Below, in pieces: positions 1 to 14,730 of a DNA stretch of 64,000 bases. The stretch covers positions 192,001 to 256,000 of the forward strand of contig CAVOVB010000003.1 in assembly GCA_963699755.1 (NCBI GenBank), read 5' to 3'. The stretch is from an uncultured delta proteobacterium (GTDB lineage Bacteria > Myxococcota_A > Polyangia > Polyangiales > Houyiibacteriaceae). Under the pieces are notes generated by a model that did no database searches, was not told where the DNA came from, and worked only from the letters and a program-made list of their open reading frames with translations. Position 1 is the stretch's first letter. Each line of letters begins with the position of its first letter. Position numbers and translations under genes: made by a program.

Positions 1-521
1 ACCATCGCGTAGTACGCCCGTAGGCCTTCGATTTGGTATCCGTTCCACTCGTCGGCGAGCTCGTCGTACTTTTCGGTGCCGAGCTTCGCTGCATCTAGCT
101 TCGCGACGAAGCCTTGCATATCCTCAGGCTCGAAGCGCGGAAACCTCTTGGGCTGAAGCGGGAGCTCGGTGATCTTCTGGAGCCGGTTCTGCTCATCGAG
201 ACGGAGCTTCATGATTCGGTCGACCTGCGAAACCCAGAACACCGTGGTCCCGTCCGGATAGCGGTAGTCGAGGATTCCGCCGGCGATCGGCGAGGACCAG
301 AGATGATCGATCTGCTCCTCTCCGAGGGCCTGCGTCGGCGCTTCCGGTCCTCTGAGTGGCAGGGCATCGGTCTGGTAGGTGTTGCAGTGAATGGTCGGGC
401 AGGTCCCGTCCGATAGGCGCGTCTGCTCCAGGCCGGGCAGCGGGATCGGCTCGGTTCGAGCACAGCCCATCCAGAGCAAGGCCGTCACGAGAGCTCCGAT
501 TCTCGTCCTCTTCATCACCAT
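1..521 (-). CDS. Hypothetical lipoprotein, 5' part only (runs off window start)
   Basis: Manual translation MVMKRTRIGALVTALLWMGCARTEP... is open to position 1; lipobox-like WMGC; GGAGG upstream. Absent from the ORF track because there is no stop in the window. Confidence 0.7.
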   Translation of the reverse strand, partial: MVMKRTRIGALVTALLWMGCARTEPIPLPGLEQTRLSDGTCPTIHCNTYQTDALPLRGPEAPTQALGEEQIDHLWSSPIAGGILDYRYPDGTTVFWVSQVDRIMKLRLDEQNRLQKITELPLQPKRFPRFEPEDMQGFVAKLDAAKLGTEKYDELADEWNGYQIEGLRAYYAM

Positions 522-599
522 CCGCCTCCAGTCGTGCTTGACGTTATCGATCTAGGGGCCAAATGTCACACCGATCGAACATTGCCAGGAGAGTGACCG

Positions 600-1550
600 A
601 TGAAGACGCTGGAGCTGCGAAGCGGAACGAGGATGCCGGCTCTGGGCCTCGGGACTTGGAAATCGGAACCAGACGAGGTCTACCGGGCGGTCCGCGCGGC
701 GATCGAGGTTGGTTACCGGCACATCGATTGCGCGGCGATCTACCAAAACGAAGAAGACGTCGGCCGTGCCCTCAGCGACGCCTTCCAGGCGGGCGATGCA
801 AAACGCGAAGAGGTATGGGTTACGAGCAAGCTTTGGAACGATTCGCACGCGCCCGAGCAGGTGAGACCGGCGCTCGAGACGAGCCTGCGCAAGCTCCAGC
901 TCGACTACTTGGACCTCTATCTCATTCACTGGCCCGTGGCCTTGCGGCAGGGTGTCCTCCTGCCGACCGGACCCGAGGACTTCATTCCGCTGTCGGAGAT
1001 TCCTCTGGCGACGACCTGGGAGGCGATGCTCAAAGCATCCGAGCAAGGCCTTGCGCGAGAAGTCGGCGTCTCGAACTTCAGTAAGCAGATGATTAAGCGG
1101 GTCAGCGAGGAAACGGGTCGCACCCCGGCGCTCAACCAGGTCGAGCTGCACCCGTATCTTCAGCAAGATGACCTGGTCGCCGCCTGCAAAATGCTCGGCG
1201 TAGCGGTCACCGCCTATTCCCCGCTGGGCTCACCCGACTCCGCTGCCATGATGGGCCGCCACGACGAAGCTCCCCTCACTCGGCATCCGACGATCGTGCA
1301 GGTCGCCACCTCGCACGGGGCGACACCGGGGCAGGTCCTGATCGCCTGGGCTCTTGCCCGCGGCACCAGCGTCATCCCCAAGTCGGTAAACCCCGGCCGC
1401 ATCGCCGAGAACCTTGCCGCAGGCGAGCTCGAGCTCAGCGCCACGGACATGGCCGCCATCGCCGCGCTCGACGAGCATCGGCGGATGGTCGACGGCAGCT
1501 TCTGGTTTCTCGGCGAGACCTACTCGCCACAGACGCTCTGGGACGAATGA
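600..1550 (+). CDS. Aldo/keto reductase
   Basis: GLGTW, GYRHIDCA-IY-NE, TSKLW, YLDLYLIHWP, GVSNF, NQVELHPY, IPKS motifs; GGAG RBS. Confidence 0.95.
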   Translation: MKTLELRSGTRMPALGLGTWKSEPDEVYRAVRAAIEVGYRHIDCAAIYQNEEDVGRALSDAFQAGDAKREEVWVTSKLWNDSHAPEQVRPALETSLRKLQLDYLDLYLIHWPVALRQGVLLPTGPEDFIPLSEIPLATTWEAMLKASEQGLAREVGVSNFSKQMIKRVSEETGRTPALNQVELHPYLQQDDLVAACKMLGVAVTAYSPLGSPDSAAMMGRHDEAPLTRHPTIVQVATSHGATPGQVLIAWALARGTSVIPKSVNPGRIAENLAAGELELSATDMAAIAALDEHRRMVDGSFWFLGETYSPQTLWDE

Positions 1551-1556
1551 AGAGCG

Positions 1557-2160
1557 CTATGCCCTTGGAGCACGCAGCCTTCGCCAGGTAAGGATTGCGA
1601 CGTGCGTGATGCTCTCCGACCCCAATCCCCCCATGTATGGAACGAAGACAATCTCGGTGAGGTCGGGATCGAGGCGAGCGATATACCCATTGCCGCTCGC
1701 CAGTACCTCATCATCGGCGCCAAAGCCCGCGGAGGTCGTCCCGCCGGCGATGTACACGTCCCCGTTGCCGGGGTGAACGAGGAGGGCATTGACGGACTCG
1801 TTGCCGCTGCCTCCGACGTAGGTTGCCTGCAAGAGCGGATCGATGACGAGCACCCTCGACGGATCGTAGGCTCCAAGCTCGAAGCCGTAGCCGCGCTCGG
1901 TCAGCTCATAGGCCACGTCGACCTCGAGACGCGTGCTGCCCATCTCCTGGTACGCGATGGGCGCCGTGAAGGTCCGGGTCCTGCGCTGGTGTCGAGGGTC
2001 AGCTGCCCGCGAGCGTCGAGGGACATGCCGTCGATCCCATCGACGCGGACTTGGATCAGACTCGGGTCGGCGCCTGGCGCTAAGGAGTAGAGCTGCTCGA
2101 CGTTGTTACCGTATGCGCGAAGCTGTAGCTCGATCCCTTCGTAGATCTCGCCGAGGCGCG
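1557..2160 (-). pseudogene. Remnant of an SBBP/beta-propeller surface protein gene (frameshifted, truncated at both ends)
   Basis: One frame reads RLGEIYEGIELQLRAYGNNVEQLYSLAPGADPSLIQVRVDG...; after a shift near 1975 it continues TFTAPIAYQE...YGFELGAYDPSRVLVIDPLLQATYVGGSGNE. This is the typical N-terminal region plus first repeat of SBBP proteins. No start codon or signal peptide. Confidence 0.75.
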
Positions 2161-2161
2161 C

Positions 2162-3037
2162 CTAGTAGAGGAGCTCTACCCAGCGGCCACCGGCCATCAG
2201 CTCGGCCTTGCGTCGTGCCCACTTCTTCTCTGAGCCCGCGATCTCGCTGAACGCGAGGTCGAGCTCGCCCCGCATCTTCTCGAGGCCGGCGACGTAGACG
2301 TAGGTGTTGGGCTTTCCTAGAAGGTCCCAGAGCTCGTCGCCTAGCTCCGAGAGGGCGCCGTCCCAGTTGATGGGGGCTGCCCAAGTCGGTCGGGGGCTCA
2401 GCGCTTTGAACGCTTGGAAAGTCTCCCGATCGTAGTACTGACTGAAATCGTCGCGCTCGTCATTCATGTAGAGCAGCTCGAGCCCGCTTCGGGCGCCGTA
2501 GAAGAGGGTGATGGTTCCCCTCCAGTCCGGGACGTTCTTGTAGAGGTGCTTCACGAACGCGCGAAATGGTGCGATGCCGGTGCCGGTGCCGATGAGGATC
2601 AAGTTGGCGTCCATCTCTTGTGGCACTTCGAACGCCAGGCCGTACGGACCCGTCATGGTGATCTGATCGCCGGGCACGCGGTCGCAAAGGTAGTTCGATG
2701 CGACGCCCGGATACTGCTCGCCGCTGTACTTGTCGACGTAGCTACAACGGCGCACCGCGATCTTGATTCGCGGCAAGCCCTTGGCCCCGCGCTCCGGAAG
2801 GTCCGCGACGCTGTAGAGACGCAAGTGATACTCCTGCCCGAACTCCTTAGTCCCTGGGGCGAGCACGCCAACGCTTTGTCCGAGCTGGAGCGCGAAGTCC
2901 CGGTTCTGAAGGTCCAGCGTGAGCTCACGGACCTCGATGCCCGAGGCCTCCGTGGTGATTCTCTCGCTAGAGACCACGGTGGCTTGAAACCGCTCTTTGG
3001 TGTCGTAGTCCTCGAGGTGGGCAACCGCCTTGTTCAT
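2162..3037 (-). CDS. Ferredoxin-NAD(P)+ reductase, plant-type FNR-like
   Basis: RLYSVA, GVASNYLCD, TGPYG, GTGTGIAPFRAF, FYGAR motifs and C-terminal Tyr. Confidence 0.85.
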   Translation of the reverse strand: MNKAVAHLEDYDTKERFQATVVSSERITTEASGIEVRELTLDLQNRDFALQLGQSVGVLAPGTKEFGQEYHLRLYSVADLPERGAKGLPRIKIAVRRCSYVDKYSGEQYPGVASNYLCDRVPGDQITMTGPYGLAFEVPQEMDANLILIGTGTGIAPFRAFVKHLYKNVPDWRGTITLFYGARSGLELLYMNDERDDFSQYYDRETFQAFKALSPRPTWAAPINWDGALSELGDELWDLLGKPNTYVYVAGLEKMRGELDLAFSEIAGSEKKWARRKAELMAGGRWVELLY

Positions 3038-3249
3038 CGCATTTCCTCCCGGGCCTTACAGGCTCCGCTCGCTGGCCTTCGGTGACAAGCTTCTGAGTCG
3101 TGACAGCCCCGGCATCCGGTACGCCCGGCTAGGGCGTCGGGATCGAGCCCAACATCGGTGAACGATCTCTTCCAGGCGCGCTGGACACCGAACCAGGCCG
3201 CGGACAGGAGTAGGAAGGCTCCGACACCGATGGCGTAGTGGTACATCAT
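3034..3249 (-). CDS. Small membrane-anchored Cys-rich protein (71 aa)
   Basis: MMYHYAIGVGAFLLLSAAWFGV (one TM) followed by CRGCHDSEAC-x8-C; stop overlaps the FNR start; starts 5 nt after the rnfA stop. Confidence 0.7.
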   Translation of the reverse strand: MMYHYAIGVGAFLLLSAAWFGVQRAWKRSFTDVGLDPDALAGRTGCRGCHDSEACHRRPASGACKAREEMR

Positions 3250-3254
3250 CCGTC

Positions 3255-3836
3255 CTATCCCCCCAAACCGCCGAAGCCCATGAAGGTCACCGAAAGCAGG
3301 CCAGCGATCATCAGAGCCATCGCGGTCCCCTTCGTGACGTCGGGCACCTCGGCCAGCTCGAGCTTCTCGCGTAGGCCCGCCATGAGTACCAGGGCCAAGG
3401 TGAATCCGACCCCGGCGCCCAGCGCAAAGACGATGCACTGCAGGAAGCTATACCCCTTGTTGGTTTGAAAGAGCGCCAAGCCAAGGATGGCGCAGTTGGT
3501 CGTGATCAGAGGCAGGAAGATCCCGAGTGAGCGAAAGAGCGCCGGGCTGACCTTCTTGATGAACATCTCGACCAGTTGCACGGTCGACGCGATGACGGCG
3601 ATGAACGAAATGAGCTTCAGGTACGGGGCGTCGATCGCTACGAGCAGGGCCTGGATTCCAAAGGCGCAGATCGAGCTCACGAGCATGACGAAGGTCACCG
3701 CTCCGCCCATGCGGGTGGCGGTCTCGAGCTTCGAGGACACGCCCAGAAACGGGCAGATGCCTAGGAAATACGCCAGGACGAAGTTGTTGACGAGGCTGGC
3801 GTTGATGAAGATCGTCCAGAGGGATTCGTCGCCCAT
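3255..3836 (-). CDS. rnfA: Rnf complex subunit A
   Basis: NNFVLAYFLGICPFLGVS and GIFLPLITTNCAILG motifs; start re-called at MGDESLW, overlapping the rnfE stop. Confidence 0.93.
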   Translation of the reverse strand: MGDESLWTIFINASLVNNFVLAYFLGICPFLGVSSKLETATRMGGAVTFVMLVSSICAFGIQALLVAIDAPYLKLISFIAVIASTVQLVEMFIKKVSPALFRSLGIFLPLITTNCAILGLALFQTNKGYSFLQCIVFALGAGVGFTLALVLMAGLREKLELAEVPDVTKGTAMALMIAGLLSVTFMGFGGLGG

Positions 3837-4489
3837 CACGCGACCTCCTTGCTGAGCCCGAGTGCAGCCGTAGGCTCGCGCTTGGCCTTGCGCTGTTTGA
3901 GCCAATTGAAGAGCAGCAACCAGCCGGCCAGGGTGAAGAAGCCGCCGCTCGGCAGGATCATCACGACCCAGTCTTGGAAGGAATCGTGAAAGAGCTGGGC
4001 GCCGAACAAAGAGCCGGCGCCCAGGACCTCCCGAACCGCTCCGAGGCAGAAGAGAGCGAACGCGAAGCCGATCCCCATGCCGAGGCCGTCCATCATCGAC
4101 CGCCCGACGGTGTTTTTGGAGGCGAACGCTTCAGCCCGTCCGAGGATTAGGCAGTTCACGACGATGAGCGAAATGAACGCGCCGAGCGCCTTGTAGAGGT
4201 CGAGGCTCACCGCTTGGATCGCGTAGTCCACCACCGTCACGAAGGTGGCGATGATCAAAATGTAGGTCGCGATGCGAACCTGCTTGGGGATGAAGCTACG
4301 CAGCGACGAGACCACGATGTTTGACATGACCAAGACGAACGCCGTCGCCAGGCCCATGGCGAGCGCGTTGATCGCCGTGTTCGAGACCGCGAGCACCGGA
4401 CACATACCGAGCACTTGAACGAAGACCGGGTTCTCTTTCCACAAGCCTTTGATGAACTCGTCGGTGCTGCTCTTGGTCGGCGTCGCCAT
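3836..4489 (-). CDS. rnfE: Rnf complex subunit E
   Basis: GLWKENPVFVQVLGMCPVLAVS, LIVVNCLILGRAEAFA, ILPSGGF. Confidence 0.93.
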   Translation of the reverse strand: MATPTKSSTDEFIKGLWKENPVFVQVLGMCPVLAVSNTAINALAMGLATAFVLVMSNIVVSSLRSFIPKQVRIATYILIIATFVTVVDYAIQAVSLDLYKALGAFISLIVVNCLILGRAEAFASKNTVGRSMMDGLGMGIGFAFALFCLGAVREVLGAGSLFGAQLFHDSFQDWVVMILPSGGFFTLAGWLLLFNWLKQRKAKREPTAALGLSKEVA

Positions 4490-4491
4490 GT

Positions 4492-5172
4492 CTATTCCCC
4501 TCCCTGGAAGTCTGAGAGGTTCGCGCCAATGCGAGGCATCCAGTACTGCGCGCTTCGATCGAGGATGTTGGCGATCGCCACGGACGAAATCGTCGCGCCG
4601 GTGATGCCGTCCACCTCCCAGGGGTTGCTCTTCGTGCCGTGTTTGACGGGCACGATGGGATTGGCGAGCTTTGATCGATCGTCGGTGAGCGAGACGTCGA
4701 GGCGCTCGAAGTTGCTCAGGAACTCGGGGTCGCTCTCGATCTTGTCACCGAGTCCTGGGGTCTCCTTGCTCTCGAGGACTTGGATCCCGATGATCGCATC
4801 TTCGGTGAAGGAGTAGCCGTAGATGAGCGCGATCACGTCTTGGTAACCCATGCCCTGCGCCTCCACCGCCAGACCCACGAGATTTCCGTCGGCGTCGTAG
4901 CCGGCGTAGACCAGCTGTTCACCGGCGCCCTCTAGAACCTCGAACGCGCCATCGTCCGCCAAGCGATACGCGTTGCTCGTGCTGGCCGCCGGAAGAACGT
5001 GCAGGATCGCCTCCTGTAGCGCCTCTGCCTTGTTGCGTTCGATGACTGGGCGCGTCACCTGGAACACAGTCACGATGAGGAGGCCACAGAAGACCCCGAT
5101 ACCGACCATGGATCGGTACATGTGCCAGATGCTCGGTGGGGCAGCGGGGCTTGCCAGCTCGTGGGAGCTCAC
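4492..5172 (-). CDS. rnfG: Rnf complex subunit G (FMN-binding)
   Basis: N-terminal TM, ETPGLG, flavinylation motif ITGATISS; GTG start overlaps the rnfD stop, GGAGG upstream. Confidence 0.9.
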   Translation of the reverse strand: MSSHELASPAAPPSIWHMYRSMVGIGVFCGLLIVTVFQVTRPVIERNKAEALQEAILHVLPAASTSNAYRLADDGAFEVLEGAGEQLVYAGYDADGNLVGLAVEAQGMGYQDVIALIYGYSFTEDAIIGIQVLESKETPGLGDKIESDPEFLSNFERLDVSLTDDRSKLANPIVPVKHGTKSNPWEVDGITGATISSVAIANILDRSAQYWMPRIGANLSDFQGGE

Positions 5173-6194
5173 GTCGTGGCCTCCTTTCCTCGGCTGCCAT
5201 AGACCTTGGGTCGCGTCCATCGATCGAGGTGCGGAGTGACGGCGTTGCCCAAGAGGATGGCGTACATGACGCCTTCGGGCAGGCCGCCCCAGGTTCGGAT
5301 CACGATGGTGACGACACCAATGAGCGCACCGTAGAGGTAGCAGCCTGACGAGGTCATCGGTGAGCCGACCATGTCGGTGGCCATGAACATTGCGCCGAGC
5401 ATCAGCCCTCCGGACAGGAGCATGAAAAGCGGAGAGGCGTAGCGCTCGGGGTCCACGAGATGAAGGGCGCCGCTGAAGACGAATACCGCCGCGAAGATCG
5501 CCGCGGGGATGCGCCAGTTCATCATGTTCCGGCTGATGAGATAGAAGCCGCCGAGGAGGATCAGCACCGAGGAAGTCTCCCCGGCCGAGCCACTGATGAA
5601 GCCCATCGCAAGGTCCGCGGCATCGGTGGCCTCGCGGCTGAACTTCCAGAGCGCCAGCGGGGTGGCGCTGGTGAGCGCGTCGTACTCGGGCTGTGTAAAG
5701 GGCAGGGTCAACGTCGACAGAGGCAGGGAAGAGAACCGACCCGCGCCGAAGCCCGGGATCCAGCTGGTCATGGCGACGGGAAAGGCAGCCTGGAGCACGG
5801 CTCGTCCCACCAAGGCCGGATTGAAGGTGTTGTAACCGAGGCCGCCGAAGATTGCCTTGCCCATGGCGACGCAGATCACCCCGCCCACCGCCACCATCCA
5901 AAGCGGCAAGGCCGGGGGGAGGGTGAGCCCATAGAGAAGACCGGTGATCGTCACTGACCAGTCCCCAATGGTGCTCGGTTTGCCCGAGGCGCGGCAGATC
6001 AGGTGCTCGGTCAGGACGCAGGAGCCGAGCGCCACCGAGATCGTCAGCGCGCCGGCGAGGCCGAAGGCGAAGATGGCGAACCCCGTGACCGGCAGCAAGG
6101 CAAGCACCACGTTGAACATGATGGTGTCGACGCTGTAGCCGCTCAGGATGTGGGGCGATGTGCGGATCTCGAGAGTTTTCCCACGCGTCGCCAT
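5169..6194 (-). CDS. rnfD: Rnf complex subunit D
   Basis: SPH, FGGLGYNTFNPALVGR, FMN site TSATPL, GETS, FMATD, PEGVMYAILLGN; start re-called at MATRGK. Confidence 0.93.
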   Translation of the reverse strand: MATRGKTLEIRTSPHILSGYSVDTIMFNVVLALLPVTGFAIFAFGLAGALTISVALGSCVLTEHLICRASGKPSTIGDWSVTITGLLYGLTLPPALPLWMVAVGGVICVAMGKAIFGGLGYNTFNPALVGRAVLQAAFPVAMTSWIPGFGAGRFSSLPLSTLTLPFTQPEYDALTSATPLALWKFSREATDAADLAMGFISGSAGETSSVLILLGGFYLISRNMMNWRIPAAIFAAVFVFSGALHLVDPERYASPLFMLLSGGLMLGAMFMATDMVGSPMTSSGCYLYGALIGVVTIVIRTWGGLPEGVMYAILLGNAVTPHLDRWTRPKVYGSRGKEATT

Positions 6195-7537
6195 CAGGCC
6201 GCTCCCAGCTTGCGAATCTGTGCCTTGGCGGCTCGGAACCTTTGGACCAGCGGGATGTGCGAGGGACAGACGAACGAGCAGGACCCACACTCGAAGCAGT
6301 CCATGAGGTTGTGCTCCTCCGCCATGGCGGAGAACTGTTCGGTCGCCGCCAGCTTCCCGAGAAGAGCCGGGTTGAGGAAGATGGGGCAGGCGTCGACGCA
6401 GTAGCCGCATCGAATGCACGGATAGACCCGACTGTGGGTTCGTTCGGCCGCCGAGTCGGTGAAGGCGGTCACCCCAGAGGTGCCCTTGGTGATCGAAATA
6501 TCGAGGCTCGACGCCGCCGCGCCCATCATCGGCCCACCGAGAAAGACCCGATTCACGTCGTCTTCGACACCCACGCGCTCGAGGACGAAGCGGAGCGGGG
6601 TGCCGATCGGGATGCGATAGTTGCCCTTTCGCTTCACTGCCGGCCCCGTCACCGTGATGACCCGTTCGTGAATCCCCTGTCCGAGGGGAAGCAGATGACC
6701 GATTTGTGCCGCCGTCGCGACGTTGCAGCACAGGGCATGAATATCGAGCGGCAGTCCCCCGGACGGCACCTCACGTCCGAGAAGCGCCGAGAACAACATC
6801 TTCTCGGCCCCCTGGGGGTACTTCACCTGCAACACTTCCACCGAGCCGTTCAAGTCGCTTGGGAACTTGTCCCGCAAGAGCGCCGCCGCGTCCGGCTTGT
6901 TGGCCTCGATGGCGATGATGACCCTCTCCGCTCCGGTAACCTTGAGGAGGTAGCGGATGCCCACGAAGATGTCGTCGCTCTGCTCGAGCATCACTCGGTG
7001 GTCCGTGGTGAGGAACGGCTCGCACTCGACCCCGTTGATGATCAAGGTGTCGACGTACTTGCCCTCGGGAATCTTGAGCTTCACGTGGGTCGGGAACGCC
7101 GCGCCACCGAGCCCTACTACGCCAGCATCTTGGATCGCGGCGACGATCTCGTCGGGCGTTGCGCTGTCGAGCGGACAGGGAGTGCCTTCCTCCACCTCCT
7201 GGGTGGAGCCTGGAAATGGCTCCAGGTACACTGCCGGCACCATTCGGCCGCTGATGCTCGGCGCCAGGGCAATCCTACGGATCAGACCCGAGGCGGGGGC
7301 GTGCATCGAGACAGACATGAAGCCGTCGGCGCGCGCGATCCGCTGTCCTCTTTGAACTTCCTGCCCTTCCTCCACCACGGGCAGCGACGGAGCCCCCATG
7401 TGCTGGACCAGCGGAACGATGAGCAGCGGCGCGAAGGGGAACTGACGAATGGCAAGCCCACTCGTTTCGTCCTTCGACTCCGGTGGGTGAACGCCATGCC
7501 GGAATGTCCTGAGCCCCAAAAGCCTCATCGCTCTCAT
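6194..7537 (-). CDS. rnfC: Rnf complex subunit C
   Basis: GVHPP, HAPASG, GLGGAAFPTHVK, NGVECEPFLTTD, KYPQGAEK, GGPMMG and two CxxCxxCxxxCP clusters. Confidence 0.95.
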   Translation of the reverse strand: MRAMRLLGLRTFRHGVHPPESKDETSGLAIRQFPFAPLLIVPLVQHMGAPSLPVVEEGQEVQRGQRIARADGFMSVSMHAPASGLIRRIALAPSISGRMVPAVYLEPFPGSTQEVEEGTPCPLDSATPDEIVAAIQDAGVVGLGGAAFPTHVKLKIPEGKYVDTLIINGVECEPFLTTDHRVMLEQSDDIFVGIRYLLKVTGAERVIIAIEANKPDAAALLRDKFPSDLNGSVEVLQVKYPQGAEKMLFSALLGREVPSGGLPLDIHALCCNVATAAQIGHLLPLGQGIHERVITVTGPAVKRKGNYRIPIGTPLRFVLERVGVEDDVNRVFLGGPMMGAAASSLDISITKGTSGVTAFTDSAAERTHSRVYPCIRCGYCVDACPIFLNPALLGKLAATEQFSAMAEEHNLMDCFECGSCSFVCPSHIPLVQRFRAAKAQIRKLGAA

Positions 7538-7550
7538 CCCAAGTCGTTCA

Positions 7551-12533
<4,983 letters not shown>

Positions 12534-12565
12534 CGAAACCACCTATCAGGCTTTGGCCCTTGTCT

Positions 12566-13438
12566 TTAGGTCGGGGCGTCGCGGAGCGTGCCCTTTCGAA
12601 TGATCTTCTTGGCTGCCGGGCCCTTCACCGGCCCAGCCTTGGGATCGATCCAAACGATAGCCCCTGTGGGGCACCGTTCAATGGGAGCTTTCGTCTTATG
12701 CGGCCTACTGTAGTCGATCACCGGCAGATTCCTCTTCATGGCGATGAGACCACTTGGGGCGTCCATCTCGCAGCGACCGCAGGCGGTGCAGGCCACCTCG
12801 CAGTCCTCCAGGATCTCGTCGCCGGCCTCCTGGGAGCTGCAAGCGACCCAGAGGCGATGACTCTGCTTGTGAAGCGAGAACAGGTCTTTGGGGCAGACCT
12901 CGACGCAGTCCCCGCACGCTGTGCACAGGTCCTCGTCCACCACCGGAAGCTTGTGGACGTTCATCTGGATGGCGTCGAAGTCACAGGCCCGGTCGCAATC
13001 GCCAAGCCCTAGGCACCCCCAGAAACATCCCTTGCCGCCGCCGGCCACCTTGGCAGCGGCGCGACAGGTCTGCTCGCCGTGATACCGCGCGTGATTGCGG
13101 GCCACGTTGGTGCCGCCCGCGCAGGCGAGTCGCGCCACAATCTTCTCCTGCGCCCCGACGTCGACCCCCAGAAAGCTGGCGATGACCGCTCGTTCCTCGC
13201 CGGAGCTCACCGTGCACTTGCCCGGCAGCGCCTCGCCCTTGGTCAGCGCTTCGGCGAACGGGCGACAGCCCGGGAAGCCACAGGCCCCGCAGTTCGCGTG
13301 AGGCAGCATCTCCTCCACGATATCGATTCGCGGATCCTCGTAGACGTACAGCTTCTTGTTCGCCAGCACCAACGCGGTGGCGAGGATGAATGTAAGGCCA
13401 CTGATGGCCCCAACGGCCGTGAGAAACAGCATGGGCAT
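12566..13438 (-). CDS. rnfB: Rnf complex subunit B
   Basis: N-terminal TM, LPHANCGACGFPGC, GCLGLGDC, CTACGDCVEVCP and further Fe-S motifs; exact start uncertain (13432-13444). Confidence 0.92.
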   Translation of the reverse strand: MPMLFLTAVGAISGLTFILATALVLANKKLYVYEDPRIDIVEEMLPHANCGACGFPGCRPFAEALTKGEALPGKCTVSSGEERAVIASFLGVDVGAQEKIVARLACAGGTNVARNHARYHGEQTCRAAAKVAGGGKGCFWGCLGLGDCDRACDFDAIQMNVHKLPVVDEDLCTACGDCVEVCPKDLFSLHKQSHRLWVACSSQEAGDEILEDCEVACTACGRCEMDAPSGLIAMKRNLPVIDYSRPHKTKAPIERCPTGAIVWIDPKAGPVKGPAAKKIIRKGTLRDAPT

Positions 13439-13527
13439 AAACAAACGGAGCTGCGGCGCAGCCGTCGACTACGTAGCGCCCCCCGGAGGAGAAGTGTAGC
13501 GCTATGTCGTCGGGGTGAAAAGAACTC

Positions 13528-14616
13528 TCAGGTGAGATTGGCCACGTCGCCGACCTTGACGACGCGAGTGAAGGGCTGGGCCGGTGTTTCCTCGGGTAGA
13601 AACCAGCGCGCCCAGAGGACGCCGCTCTTGTGACCCTGGGTGTGGATCCAATTCGGGTGGCCGGGGTCCTGCGCCGAGATCACCAGCGTCCATGACCCGT
13701 CGTCGTTATAGACGACCTGGTGCCCATTGATCGACACGCGCTCGTAGTCGTAGTTGTAAGTATGTAGGAACTCGTTCCAGATGCAGAGGTTCCAGAAGGG
13801 GCACTTGGGTGATCTCCCTTCTATGATGAGCGCCTCGTCGTCCTCCAAGGCGTAGTTGCCCATCCCATAGGAGGCATCACCAGCTCCCCAGCCGTACGTG
13901 ATGGCCCCCACCGGAAGAGGTTCTTGCATGGTGTTGGGGTCGCCGATCGGCGGCACCGGCGTAATCGCGCACTGCTCCCTCATCCAAGTCGTGGCGGCCC
14001 GGAACCGACGCGCCATGTCTTCATCGCTGACGCGGGTCGTCGAGGGCGGGTTGTCCGATTCGATCGTCCAAACGGCGCGCCTGTCCTTGGACGGGTCGGC
14101 GAGATAGTCGCGCGTGATCGCAGCGTTCGTTTTGGGCGACATGTGAATCCAGTTTCCGGGATGCTCGTCTGCGCTCAATACGATGTCGTAGCTCCCGTCG
14201 GCGTTGGCCTCCATTTCACCGATGTGGAGGCTCCCGACGATCCCCTCGGCCGCCCCGCCGTTGTCCGGCCCTTCGTAGACGCTCAGCGAAAGGTAGACGG
14301 CGTCACCTGCGTCCAGGTGGACCCGATAGGTTCGTCCCGGATCGAGCGCAGCGTATTGGTAGTATGCGTCCGCATTGTCGCCGCCCCATTTCTTGTACCG
14401 TCCGACGATCTCGACGAAGTGAGGCCGGTCCTTGTCGGCCCAGACGTAACAGTCGAAGGCCACCTGCGTGAGCGAGAAGATCCATCGGTAGCCTTCGATC
14501 ACCGAGACGTCTTGCTCGACGGCGCGGTCACCAAACAGGAACGTGTCTTCGAGCTCGCGCATGGCGTCGATCAGCTCATGGAAGGCTGCGGTCGTCGCGA
14601 AGTTTCGTTCACTCAT
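13528..14616 (-). CDS. DUF1214-like protein
   Basis: KWGGDNADAYY, DGSYDIVLS, PGNWI, DPGHPNWI motifs; start re-called at MSERNF. Confidence 0.75.
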   Translation of the reverse strand: MSERNFATTAAFHELIDAMRELEDTFLFGDRAVEQDVSVIEGYRWIFSLTQVAFDCYVWADKDRPHFVEIVGRYKKWGGDNADAYYQYAALDPGRTYRVHLDAGDAVYLSLSVYEGPDNGGAAEGIVGSLHIGEMEANADGSYDIVLSADEHPGNWIHMSPKTNAAITRDYLADPSKDRRAVWTIESDNPPSTTRVSDEDMARRFRAATTWMREQCAITPVPPIGDPNTMQEPLPVGAITYGWGAGDASYGMGNYALEDDEALIIEGRSPKCPFWNLCIWNEFLHTYNYDYERVSINGHQVVYNDDGSWTLVISAQDPGHPNWIHTQGHKSGVLWARWFLPEETPAQPFTRVVKVGDVANLT

Positions 14617-14730
14617 GGTCTCCGATGATAGGGATATCAAGCGTTGCTTGCCATCGTGAGCCGCCGATTTGTGCGCCCCAGTTCGACTGGGTAGGGTTCG
14701 TCGCTCCCGAGAGCTGGAAAGGAAATCGAC

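Noticed and set aside
3034..3249. c-type cytochrome call from CRGCH
   Set aside because: Too short for a cytochrome c fold, and two further Cys favour a metal or Fe-S site.
4492..6731. 598-aa and 520-aa ORFs as RnfG/RnfD fusions
   Set aside because: The extensions are off-frame overlaps of rnfD and rnfC; real starts are at 5172 and 6194.
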